The notes under the pieces: model-generated | Told to the model about the DNA's origin: nothing | The model's input: only the letters and a program-made list of their open reading frames with translations | Database searches by the model: none | In this document: positions 1-9,540 of the stretch, piece after piece | Layout: the number at the start of each line of letters is the position of its first letter | Position numbering within the stretch: position 1 is the stretch's first letter | NCBI GenBank assembly: GCA_002269645.1 | Contig: NIVC01000105.1 | Location: forward strand, 721,992-785,991 | Direction: 5' to 3' | DNA: 64,000 nt | Source: Macrostomum lignano | Taxonomy: Eukaryota | Translations under genes and position numbers: made by a program

Positions 1-1
1 G

Positions 2-3000
2 TCCGCCATTCTCGTATCTTTGCTGTCAGCCGAATGCCAAGAGGTATATCTTAATTACCGGTGTGACCAGTTGCCTTTCGAATCTGCGCTTCGGTTGCTC
101 AGGGAAAGGTACACCGATGCCAAGAAAAAGGACAAAGCCTACGTAGAATTAGTTGCTGCCGCCCAATCTCATAATGAGCAAATGTCTGACTTCTTTGACA
201 GACTGGTCTCCTATTCTAGACTAGCGGGTCTCTCGCTCGCTGAAGCGAAGCCCCTACTCAAGGCCAGATTCTGCCATGGGCTGAGGGATAAGGACCTCGC
301 CGAAAAGCTCCTCTTATGGGATCAGGAAACCGACAGTGCCACCTCTGCAGAAGAGCTGATGCAGAAGGCCAAAGATCTTGTCGGGGTCCGCCAGCTTCTG
401 AATGTGCCTTCTACTATAGCCAAGGTTCGTGCCATAGAACCTGACGCTGAGAAGAAAGCGTTAGAACAGAGGGTCGCCGAGCTTGAGCAGATGGTGACCG
501 ACCAAGCCAATAGATTAAGCCAGACCACTCCGCCTGTCACCACCAATCAGGGGCCCACTCGCACAGAGCCCACTGGGGGCCCACCACAAGTTAGCCAAAC
601 CTATAGACAGCCTAGGCCAGCTCCTCGCCCTCCGCGGGCTTGCCATCGATGCGGCCAGACCGATCACCTGATCGCTGACTGTCCATCGCCCTCGCCGAGA
701 CCACAGTCACCAAAGCAGCCCCGGGGGAGCCAAAATCAGCAGCCCAGCCGTGGAAAAGTCACGACTGAACTAGGAACCATTGCCACGTGGTCTCAGAATT
801 ACGGGTTCATCCAATCTGAGCACCTGCCGGAGAAATTGTTCGTTCACATTAGCCAACTGTCTCCCAGCCTGCGTAGCCTAGTCGAGCAGCACCGCCTGAG
901 GGGGACTAGGGTGAAATTCCAGCGCCAGGTCGACCCCGGGCGCCAGCACGACAAGGCCTGTAACGTGCAACCTCAGCCAGGGGACAGTGATCCGCAATGC
1001 AGACAAGGGGGGTACACGGCTGACACCTTTGAGTCTAGCTATTTCGTGCAGCTAGGAGTAGGAGACTCTAAAGTTCTGGCTTGTCTAGACTCAGGCGCCA
1101 ATGCCAGCATCATGGGTGCTGACGTGAAAGCCAAACTGGTCGCAGCTGACCCCGTCAACAACATATTCACGCCTAGTGCCAATAAGCAGCGTGCCACCGC
1201 CTTCGGCGGCTCTCAGGTAGACATCTTAGGTTCGCTGCGCTGCGAAATCAACTTAGGTAATACGACTAAACAGCATGTATTCCTAGTTACTGCTTACTGT
1301 ACCACAGAAGCCCTGTTAGGCATGGATTTCCTACGCAGCTTCGAGATGCTGCTAGACTTCAACTCTGGCCGAGCTTTAGTAGCAGGGGTGTCTGTGCCAG
1401 TCATTGAGGGGGACAAAGGAATTTTCCAACTCCGACGAGTGATGGCCGCCGGCACCGTAGAATTGCCCCCGCACTCGGAAACCCTGATTCCCAGTCGTGT
1501 CCTCGACTCTTCGCCGTACACCTCCGGTATAGTCATGTCCCGGATCCTCGGACCAGAGACTGAACAGTTGGTAGCTAAGACTCTAGACTCAGTTAGCGAT
1601 ACTAACCACATACTAGTGCGCGTGCTCAACAGTGGGGAGCAGCCCATTCAGATAACTAGGGGGCAAGAAATTGCCTCATTCCAGGAATTAGATAGCCATG
1701 AGGTCATAGCTCAGACGACCCTGAAGGAGTCTGACTTTAGCCTGGACAATGTAGCTAACCTCACCAGCCAACTCAGTAAGCTGCCGCCGCCTAGTAGGGA
1801 GTTAGCCAAATGGCTGACAACGCAGTTCCAACTCGACCAAGCCAAATTGTCTAGGAGCCAACTCACCACCGTATTGAAGCTGCTCAACTACTTCAATAGC
1901 CAAATTTCTAGATCAAATGCAGATTTAGGCCATACCACATTACACGAGATGGGCATAGAATTAATAGATCCCAAGGCCAAGCCTGTTACGCAACCATACA
2001 GGCGCACTACGCCAGCCCAAAAGGAATTCCTAGATCAGAACATAGCGCAGATGCTCGAGCAAGGGGTCATCGAGGAATGCGACTCCGACTGGGTGTCACC
2101 TATCGTTCTAGTCAAGAAGAAGGACGGCACTCAACGCTTGTGCATAGACTATAGGGCCGTCAATAAACTCATCAAGCCGTGTAGCTTCCCCCTGCCACTC
2201 ATAAAAGAATCTTTTGACAGCCTTGCTGGGGCCACTGTATTCTCTAGTCTAGATCTGACCTCTGCGTACTGGCAGGTAGGGATTAAAGAGGAGGCTAGGG
2301 ACTACACCGCCTTTGCCTGCCCCCAGGGCACTTTCCGCTGGAAGGTAGTACCATTTGGGATCAAGACAGCGCCTGCCAATTACGCGAAACTAATGCACAA
2401 AGTGTTTAGGCCTCTCCTGATGAAGGTCAGCCTCATCTATCTAGATGACATCATCATTAAGGCTGTCAATAATGATCAAATGATCGCGCATCTCGCGCTG
2501 GTCCTCTGGCAGCTTAGAAAAGCCGGTCTCAAAATTAAGCCGTCTAAGTGTGAGTTGTTCAAGGACAAGGTTGCCTTCCTGGGGTTCGTTGTGTCTAGCC
2601 GGGGCATCGAGGCTGACCCAGCGAAAACCCAGGCTGTCCAAGAGTGGCCTAAACCGCTTTCTAAGAAACAGCTCTTATCCTTCTTAGGATTTGCGAATTA
2701 CTACCGGAAATTTGTGCCGCGATTCTCAATCATCGCCACGCCTTTGTATGCCTTAGCCAAAAAGGATGCCCCGTTTCTATGGCAACCGCATCATGAACGG
2801 GCTTTCCAAGAACTCAAACATAGTCTCTGTTCACCACCGATTCTGGCGTATCCAGACCTCTCTGCCAAGGGGCGCGAATTTATTTTGGACTGCGATAGCT
2901 CGCTTGACGGCACCGGGGGTGTGCTGTACCAGCTCGGGCCAGATGGCCAAGAGCAAGTCATAGCTTACGCATCCAAAAAATTCAACAGTAGCCAGAGAAA

Positions 3001-5416
3001 CTACTGCGCCACCATGAGGGAGTTGCTAGGGCTCGTTCTGATGCTCGAGCACTTCCGTCCTTATCTATTAGACAAGCCTTTCACTGTCCGGGTGGACGCG
3101 GCCGCGCTCAAATGGCTGCATTCTAAGAAGCATGCCACTGGTATGCTGGCCCAATGGCTTGCCACCATTGAACTGTACCCGCTGAAGGTCCAGCAGTCCA
3201 CTCTAGAACGAATAGCCGAATACGATTTCACAGTCCAGTACCGTCCAGGCGCTGACCACGTGCCTGCTGACGCTCTTAGTAGACTGCCAAAATTCAGAGC
3301 CGATCACTTTGACTGCCCGACGTGCAGCCAGATTCCAGAATTTAAGGGGAAATTCCTGGACCAAGACCCAAAGCACCGGCGTACGCCCCCCGCTAGAGAA
3401 CTGCGTCAGGTGTGCGTCCAGATCATAGGCATTAGCGTAGCGTGTCAGACTGACACAGATGCCCCGGCTGAACCAACGCCGAATGTTCGTGCTATTGCTA
3501 GCGGTGCTGTTCCTAGTCCAGAGACTGAATCCCGTGAACCTGAACCCGAATCCCAAGTGCCACCTGAGCTCATCTGGGCCCAGAATGCCCAGGACTCCTG
3601 TGTTGACCTGGCGCGCTTAATCGCCAGTGTCCAGGGTAAGGCTGAGCCATTGTCCAAGGCCGAACTGCAGGGTTGTAGCCGGGAAATGCGTGCACTCTGG
3701 GCTCAATTCAATGACCTTGAAGTAGCCGAGGGCCTATTGTACTTAGCCAAATCTTCCAAAGCCAAGACTGCCAGCAGGCGCCTGGTGGTGCCTGAGACCG
3801 CAGACGTCAGTCATCTGGTCCTTCAATATCATGGTCAGTTAAACCATTGCGGTATCACCAAGACGATGGCCGCCCTGAAGGCGCGCTTCGTTATTTCCGA
3901 CTTAGATACTATAGTCAAGGGGGTCCTGGCCGAATGCACCGTTTGCGCCAAGACTAAGAAGTCAAAGCGTAAGCTCAAGGCCCCTATGCAACCAGAACTG
4001 TCCGGCTACCCGAACCAGGTTGTCCACGTGGACCACGCAGGCCCGTTCGAAGAGTGTGAGGGGTACAAGTACCTGCTGGTTATGATTGACCGATTCACCG
4101 GGTTTGTCGAAGTAGTTCCTGTTTCCGACGTCAGCGCAGAGACCACTGCCACAACCATCCTGACTGAATGGGTCGCCAGGTATGGGGTGATGGAGCAGTT
4201 GGTGTCTGATAACGGAACTGCTTTCATCAATGGTACCATGATAGAATTAACTAGGCTCCTACAGATTGACATGGGTCGGATCACAGCCCGTCGCTCTCAG
4301 GCTAACGGTAAAGCTGAGAGGATGATCCAGACGGTGAAAGCCCAGATTAGAGCCATCTGTCTTGAGAGACAATGCGACTGGCCCCTTGCCAGTCGCCTGG
4401 CCGCCATGTCAATCCGTGCCACAGTCGCCGAATCCACCGGATTTACTCCAGTCAAACTTTTCTTCGGGCGTGAGTTTGAACTGCCGCTCGACCTCTGTCA
4501 CAATCCACCGCCAAATGAACACTACCAGCCGGAGAAGTACGCCCACCAGCTGCACCGCACGCTAGTCGAAACCTCTGCCCTAGCCCGCCGCACTAGGGGT
4601 AAAGCCCAGGAAAGGCAGAAAAGGTATTACGACCGCCGCGCCCTCCGCGCTGAGTTCCACGAGGGAGAATTAGTCTGGGTCTTGAACCCGAACCACAAGG
4701 GCATAGAACCCGCTGTGTGGTTGGGGCCATACCGAGTAGTGCAGCGCTGCTCCGAGCGGACTTACCGTTTAGTCCCCGAGTATGGTCTCCTAAACCCAGC
4801 AGATCGGGTGCCAAATCCGCGCCATAACATTTACAACATTGACCGTCTCAAACCGTGTATCAGACAACCCACTTACCAAGACCTAGTTGACCGGTATGGT
4901 GAGGCCACCCATGCCAGGTCTCCAGCGCCTAGTGTGAACCCGCCCAGCGGACCCACGAGCGAGCTTAGCCTCGTCACCATTCCCCAGGCTCCCTCTGCCC
5001 GGCCAGAGAGCCCACGCAGAGCGCCAGGGCCAAATCCACCACCGCCAGCTTCAGGCGCCTTTGAGGAGGGGGCGGGAGCTGAAGCGGGAGAAGGCCAACC
5101 ATTCGCCGAAGCTGGCGATGCTGTAGCTATTGAGGGACAGCCACAACCAGACACTGACACTGACAGCACAGACACTGACACCAGCCACAGCCAAGACAGC
5201 TCAGAGTCGCTGTACACGGCTTCCTTGGGAGACCCTTCCTCCGAACAAATAGAACCACCTGAGATTGCTGCGGATCCAGTCGCTGCGCAAGCAGCTGAAC
5301 CACCAGCCCCGGCTGACGTACCCAGATCCAGGTACGGACGCCCCATCCGCCCGCCTGTCAGGTACCGGACCTGTCAGGTGTCCGACCTGCTCCAGCAGTG
5401 GGGAAGCAGACACTAA
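2..5416 (+). CDS. gag-pol: Single-ORF Gag-Pol polyprotein (Gag, CCHC, cold-shock domain, protease, RT, RNase H, integrase), 5'-partial
   Basis: CHRCGQTDHLIADC (641-682); CLDSGANAS protease (~1088); YLDD (2438-2449); FILDCDSS/ADALSR RNase H; integrase H..H/CTVC, VHVD, LVSDNG, GKAER (DDE); WLGPYRV GPY/F motif. The frame is open from base 2 and matches the copy-2 gag. Confidence 0.97.
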   Translation, partial: SAILVSLLSAECQEVYLNYRCDQLPFESALRLLRERYTDAKKKDKAYVELVAAAQSHNEQMSDFFDRLVSYSRLAGLSLAEAKPLLKARFCHGLRDKDLAEKLLLWDQETDSATSAEELMQKAKDLVGVRQLLNVPSTIAKVRAIEPDAEKKALEQRVAELEQMVTDQANRLSQTTPPVTTNQGPTRTEPTGGPPQVSQTYRQPRPAPRPPRACHRCGQTDHLIADCPSPSPRPQSPKQPRGSQNQQPSRGKVTTELGTIATWSQNYGFIQSEHLPEKLFVHISQLSPSLRSLVEQHRLRGTRVKFQRQVDPGRQHDKACNVQPQPGDSDPQCRQGGYTADTFESSYFVQLGVGDSKVLACLDSGANASIMGADVKAKLVAADPVNNIFTPSANKQRATAFGGSQVDILGSLRCEINLGNTTKQHVFLVTAYCTTEALLGMDFLRSFEMLLDFNSGRALVAGVSVPVIEGDKGIFQLRRVMAAGTVELPPHSETLIPSRVLDSSPYTSGIVMSRILGPETEQLVAKTLDSVSDTNHILVRVLNSGEQPIQITRGQEIASFQELDSHEVIAQTTLKESDFSLDNVANLTSQLSKLPPPSRELAKWLTTQFQLDQAKLSRSQLTTVLKLLNYFNSQISRSNADLGHTTLHEMGIELIDPKAKPVTQPYRRTTPAQKEFLDQNIAQMLEQGVIEECDSDWVSPIVLVKKKDGTQRLCIDYRAVNKLIKPCSFPLPLIKESFDSLAGATVFSSLDLTSAYWQVGIKEEARDYTAFACPQGTFRWKVVPFGIKTAPANYAKLMHKVFRPLLMKVSLIYLDDIIIKAVNNDQMIAHLALVLWQLRKAGLKIKPSKCELFKDKVAFLGFVVSSRGIEADPAKTQAVQEWPKPLSKKQLLSFLGFANYYRKFVPRFSIIATPLYALAKKDAPFLWQPHHERAFQELKHSLCSPPILAYPDLSAKGREFILDCDSSLDGTGGVLYQLGPDGQEQVIAYASKKFNSSQRNYCATMRELLGLVLMLEHFRPYLLDKPFTVRVDAAALKWLHSKKHATGMLAQWLATIELYPLKVQQSTLERIAEYDFTVQYRPGADHVPADALSRLPKFRADHFDCPTCSQIPEFKGKFLDQDPKHRRTPPARELRQVCVQIIGISVACQTDTDAPAEPTPNVRAIASGAVPSPETESREPEPESQVPPELIWAQNAQDSCVDLARLIASVQGKAEPLSKAELQGCSREMRALWAQFNDLEVAEGLLYLAKSSKAKTASRRLVVPETADVSHLVLQYHGQLNHCGITKTMAALKARFVISDLDTIVKGVLAECTVCAKTKKSKRKLKAPMQPELSGYPNQVVHVDHAGPFEECEGYKYLLVMIDRFTGFVEVVPVSDVSAETTATTILTEWVARYGVMEQLVSDNGTAFINGTMIELTRLLQIDMGRITARRSQANGKAERMIQTVKAQIRAICLERQCDWPLASRLAAMSIRATVAESTGFTPVKLFFGREFELPLDLCHNPPPNEHYQPEKYAHQLHRTLVETSALARRTRGKAQERQKRYYDRRALRAEFHEGELVWVLNPNHKGIEPAVWLGPYRVVQRCSERTYRLVPEYGLLNPADRVPNPRHNIYNIDRLKPCIRQPTYQDLVDRYGEATHARSPAPSVNPPSGPTSELSLVTIPQAPSARPESPRRAPGPNPPPPASGAFEEGAGAEAGEGQPFAEAGDAVAIEGQPQPDTDTDSTDTDTSHSQDSSESLYTASLGDPSSEQIEPPEIAADPVAAQAAEPPAPADVPRSRYGRPIRPPVRYRTCQVSDLLQQWGSRH
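767..970 (+). other. Cold-shock domain (OB fold, RNP1/RNP2) inside Gag-Pol, copy 1
   Basis: ELGTIATWSQNYGFIQSEHLPEKLFVHISQL...GTRVKF...DKACNV carries the CSD motifs YGFI, LFVH.S, G..V.F and A.NV. Confidence 0.88.
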
Positions 5417-5428
5417 CCGCCAGTTTTT

Positions 5429-6048
5429 CACGCCCCGGGCAAGGCGTAAAACTACCTCCTGTGGCACCTGCCGGCCACAGGTCACTGCGGCACCTGTAGA
5501 CCGCAAGCTCACGCCCCGGGCAAGGCGTAAAACTACCTCCTGTGGCACCTGCCGGTCACAGGTCCCTGCGGCATCTGCCAGCCGCAAGCCACAAAACACA
5601 AGCCACAGCTGTTACTCACTGCCAGATACTAGTGTGCACAACTTCCACAGCTGTACCAGCCAACAGCCAACCACCGTAGTCAAGGGGATAAACTGCAGCG
5701 ACATTGCGATTTGATAATTTATATAGCTAACTAAGGTAAATAAACTAAAATTTATAGTTATAAACCGCAGGCTCACGCCCCGGGCAAGGCGTTAAACTAC
5801 CTCCTGTGGCACCTGTCGGCCACAGGTTCCTGCGGCACCTGAAGACCGCACCAACCCCGACTGCACCCGGTCGGTGTTTCCATAGTCGATGAAATGTATA
5901 AGAACGTCTAAACCATAAATAAAATAAAACACTAGCATAATTAGCATAATATGCCGACAGTATAAATACTATATTGTTCTAACGCAAGAATATATATAAT
6001 ATCGCAGCACCCAACTCCGACTGCACCTGGTCGGCGTTGCCGTAGTCT
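5429..6048 (+). repeat. 3' UTR stem-loop array: three ~80-bp triple-hairpin units plus two single-hairpin modules
   Basis: Units start at 5429, 5510 and 5774. Stems are ACGCC/GGCGT, CCTGTGGC/GCCACAGG and TGCGG/CCGCA, plus CCGAC/GTCGG at 5857-5874 and 6017-6034. Confidence 0.85.
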
Positions 6049-6408
6049 ATAGAATACACTACGGCGCTAGAAACAAATAGTAGATAAGACATTAGCCTTA
6101 GCTCAAATATTGAAAAGAAAACAAAAGAAAAACTGAAAAAACCATTGAAAACTCGAGAAAAAAATCTGCCTATAGGAATATAACTAGCTCAAATCGCTGG
6201 TCAGCTCATTAATGAGCTGAGCATCACTTTCACTCTCAAAAATGGGATGCAGCTGGTTTAATAGGCCAGCATCGCCTTCATCAAAAATTATTTGTAGTTT
6301 ATGGTTAATTTTCGCAAATTTCATAATATAGCTAGATATATATAATATTCGTGGGGTAAAAGTAAGTAAGCACTACACACACACACACCGCACCGCACGC
6401 ACGCTCTC

Positions 6409-6782
6409 TCTGCCTTTGGCGCGTAGCGCCGTCCTCTGCATTTGGCGCGAAGCGCCGTCCTCTGCCTTTGGCGCGTAGCGCCATCCTCTGCCTTTGGCGC
6501 GTAGCGCCATCCTCTGCCTTTGGCGCGTAGCGCCATCCTCTGCCTCTGGCGCGTGGCGCCATCCTCTGCCTGGCGCGTGGCGCCGTTCTCTGTTTGGCGC
6601 GTGGCGCCGTTTCCTGCCTTGGCGCGTGGCGCCGTTCTCTGCCTTGGGCGCTCCTGCGCCGGTTCTCTCCTGCCTTGGCGCGTGGCGCCGTTCTTTGCCT
6701 GGCGCGCCGCGCCGTTCTCTGCCTTGGCGCGCTGCGCCGTTCTCCGCCTTGGCGCGCCGCGCCGTGTCCCGCCGCCCTTGAC
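6409..6782 (+). repeat. GC-rich 24-26 bp tandem repeat (TCTGCCTT(T)GGCGCGT(A/G)GCGCC(A/G)T..) in the Gypsy 3' UTR
   Basis: About 14 degenerate copies, each with a GGCGC-NNN-GCGCC inverted repeat. Confidence 0.9.
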
Positions 6783-7306
6783 GCTTGGCGTCGGTTGCCC
6801 GCAGTTGTCCGGACTGTGTCTCTGTGCCGTGCCTCTGCTCTGCATCCTTTGCCTCATCCATCTGTCATCCTTGTTCTGTGTTTTGCCTCATCCATCGTAT
6901 CACGTCTGCGCGTCCGTTTATCGTTTTTGTGTTCGCGCGCGCCGCGCGCTCTGTTCCGCGCTACTTTGTAACCATTGTCATATTTTGTTATGTTTTGTGA
7001 CGTTACCATACTATACTACTCGCGCTCACCGCGCTCTACTGCTCTGAAATCCACTTACCGCCCCTTGTAATGTTCTGTAACTTTCTGTAATCCTACCACC
7101 TACTCTGTAATTTTGACTTCGATTATTCAGCCACTTGTAAGCCTGTGGGTTAGTAATCCCTAAGGCCTCCAGTAATCATATGCTCATATAAACTGACTCA
7201 ACCCCACTGTAATTCATTCTACTGTAACTTTATATGCTGCGGTCATGCTGTGTTTCTGCCGTCACCCCGCGTGTTGGTTTTCGTTTGCGTGCCCCTATCC
7301 TTTTTC

Positions 7307-7320
7307 GGAAGGGAGGCGGG
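7307..7320 (+). promoter_or_regulatory. Polypurine tract (PPT)
   Basis: GGAAGGGAGGCGGG directly precedes the LTR-start TG at 7321. Confidence 0.88.
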
Positions 7321-8089
7321 TGTGACGTTGTCAGTTTAAGGTGGTCCCGAAAAGGGCCGCTGGACTATATTTTCCCTTGTAAATTCTCATATTAATTTCT
7401 CCAATAGTTTATTTTAACGTTTACTTATAGTAGTGCCCAACGATTTTGTGGCAATTTCTAATTCAATGCATGTTTTGCTATCCTCTCTCGCGACCGTATA
7501 ATTTTGGCACGATCGATAATTCTAAGTTCTCTCGCCAGCCAATGAAAACCACTCGTGCTCGCGCTACCCCCTCTGCGCTCCTTTATTAAACCCCCCGCCT
7601 GGCGGCGGCACTCCTCACTTCTTCTAGGCTCTGTCTGTCCCTTCCTGTCTGTCCTGGGCCTTGTGTGCGTTTTCGCGGCCTTGTTTTCCTTCTCTCTGTC
7701 TGGGCCAGCCTGTTACACTGCCTGCCTCTGTCTGCCACGGCTAACGCCAGTCTCACCACCACGTATCTGCCACTGTTGTACTCATCGCCGTTACTCACCA
7801 CGTTGCATCGTCTTGCATCACTCGCCTACCACTCGACTACAATCTCTAACTCACCTTCACTCCAAAAAACCATTGTTGCAGCTGCCAGTGCCCCAAAAGC
7901 GAAATAAGTTCTATATTGATAGTAATTGCATTGATTATTGATCTCACCAATAATAACCAACTACGGCCAGTTTTCGGCCTTGTATGCCAAGTGCTCCGCT
8001 ACACAAATCCGCTATCAAGACTTGACTCGATTCATTTGGGACTAAAACGGCCCTTTTAAGGGTCACGGACAACATCAAATAACGTGACA
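7321..8089 (+). repeat. 3' LTR of Gypsy copy 1 (769 bp)
   Basis: TGTGACGTT...AACGTGACA termini; homologous to 48506-49317 and ~60725-61466; CCAAT at 7539, TATA-like TTTATTAAA at 7582. Confidence 0.93.
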
Positions 8090-8679
8090 CATAATGGCAT
8101 GCGTTAGTTTCCTGTCTAATCAGCAATCAGTTTAGTAAAAAATAGAGCACTAATATAAGTAATTAGTACTCGTGATAAGAGGTGACTGTTGGGTCGCGCA
8201 GGTCGTTTGGTAGTGGTAAAATATATTAAATAGATATTCGGCGCCAGTGATCCGCCCTAGATACGAGTATCTTAGGCAATCTGGCAATTCAACCAGTGTC
8301 GCGAATAGTAGCTAAAAAGGTAAAGTCCTTGACACAATATCATGAGACTTTCTCTTATATGCTATGTTTTGAGATTTTTAGTTTTTTGCATACCATAATA
8401 GTTAAAATGACAAAAATTGGATTTTTTACTATAGCATTAATCTACTTAAACTGATTGTCTCTAAATATTACATAGATCATCTTGAACTATTTCCTAATGT
8501 ACTTTCCAATTAAAAGGACTTAATTATTAAAATTTAGTTTAGACTTTCCTTGAACTAAACTGTTATATCTAAAAGTCAGCTTCCTTCAGTGATACAACCA
8601 CAAACTGCCTTCTACTCCTTTACTTATTACTCTTCACTTTCATATAGCAAAGATAATTTTAGGACTAACTTACAATAAC

Positions 8680-9115
8680 TATAGAAGAATGGTATATATA
8701 TAAAATAGTCGAAAAGATGGATATGAAAGAAGGACAAAGGGAAAAGAGAAGACAGAAGCAACAAAAAATTAAATAACATTGGCAGAAAGATATAGTAAGG
8801 ATAAGAGAATAGAGGGAAAGAGGATAGATAAAAAGTGGTAGAATAAAATTGAAGAAACACAAAGGATTGACAGAATTGAGGTTGGGTAGAGAGAAGAGAG
8901 AAGGTAAAAAGAGAGAGTAGAAAAATAGTATTTGAAGAGTTTTCAAGATGATATAGGGAAGGTAGGGATAGATATAATAGATAGTAGAGATAAAAAATAA
9001 AGAAATAGAATAGAGAAAGATAAAAATAATAGATAAAAGGGAGAAGGGAGGAGGAAACTTTCGAGGAGAATTGGGGAGAAAAGATACAAGAGAAGTAGAA
9101 AATAATAGAAACAAT
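8680..9115. repeat. Purine-rich (GA/A) low-complexity tract
   Basis: Strong A/G bias on the + strand with no fixed unit. Confidence 0.7.
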
Positions 9116-9540
9116 AAAGTCTTTTTATATGTAGCTAAAAGAAAACTTTTTTGGTTGATTCTAATCGAATCATCATCATCAAAACTAAAAGAAATTTTTT
9201 AAATCTAAGAACAATAAAAATACTAACATGGTTTGAAATTCCATAGATTCAAGTTCTACAGGTTTCTATTCTCTAGGTTATAATAGCTAGTAGTTTTTTT
9301 TATTTCAAATCTATCCTTTAAAAAAGACTAGGCTTTAACATATGTTGCTTCAAGGTTGATAGTTCAAAACAAAAAGTAAAATAGTATAGGAATCTGAATA
9401 TACAATTTTTTAATATGTAATTTTTTATTTAGTTAATAATTGCCCATTATCTCTTTCTTGGAAACGCAGCCAAACGCAAATAGAATACTAAGGAGGGGTT
9501 CTTGGATTGGAGTTCCAATTTATTAAATAACACACTTGCT

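Larger units (their letters stand above)
1..8089 (+). mobile_element. Ty3/Gypsy LTR retrotransposon, copy 1 (5' end lies upstream of the window)
   Basis: Domain order Gag-PR-RT-RH-IN, followed by a PPT and a TG...CA LTR. Confidence 0.97.

Noticed and set aside
767-970. Bacterial CspA contamination or transfer as the source of the CSD
   Set aside because: In frame within a Gypsy polyprotein in two copies, and closer in motif pattern to metazoan CSDE1/UNR than to CspA.
4870-5416. Chromodomain at the integrase C-terminus
   Set aside because: The tail is Pro/acidic low complexity ending in an RSRYGRPIRPPVRY motif; no chromodomain signature.
6321-7047. Overlapping ORFs as a possible env or antisense gene
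   Set aside because: Derived from the GC-rich tandem repeat; no signal peptide, furin-site or transmembrane architecture that I can support.
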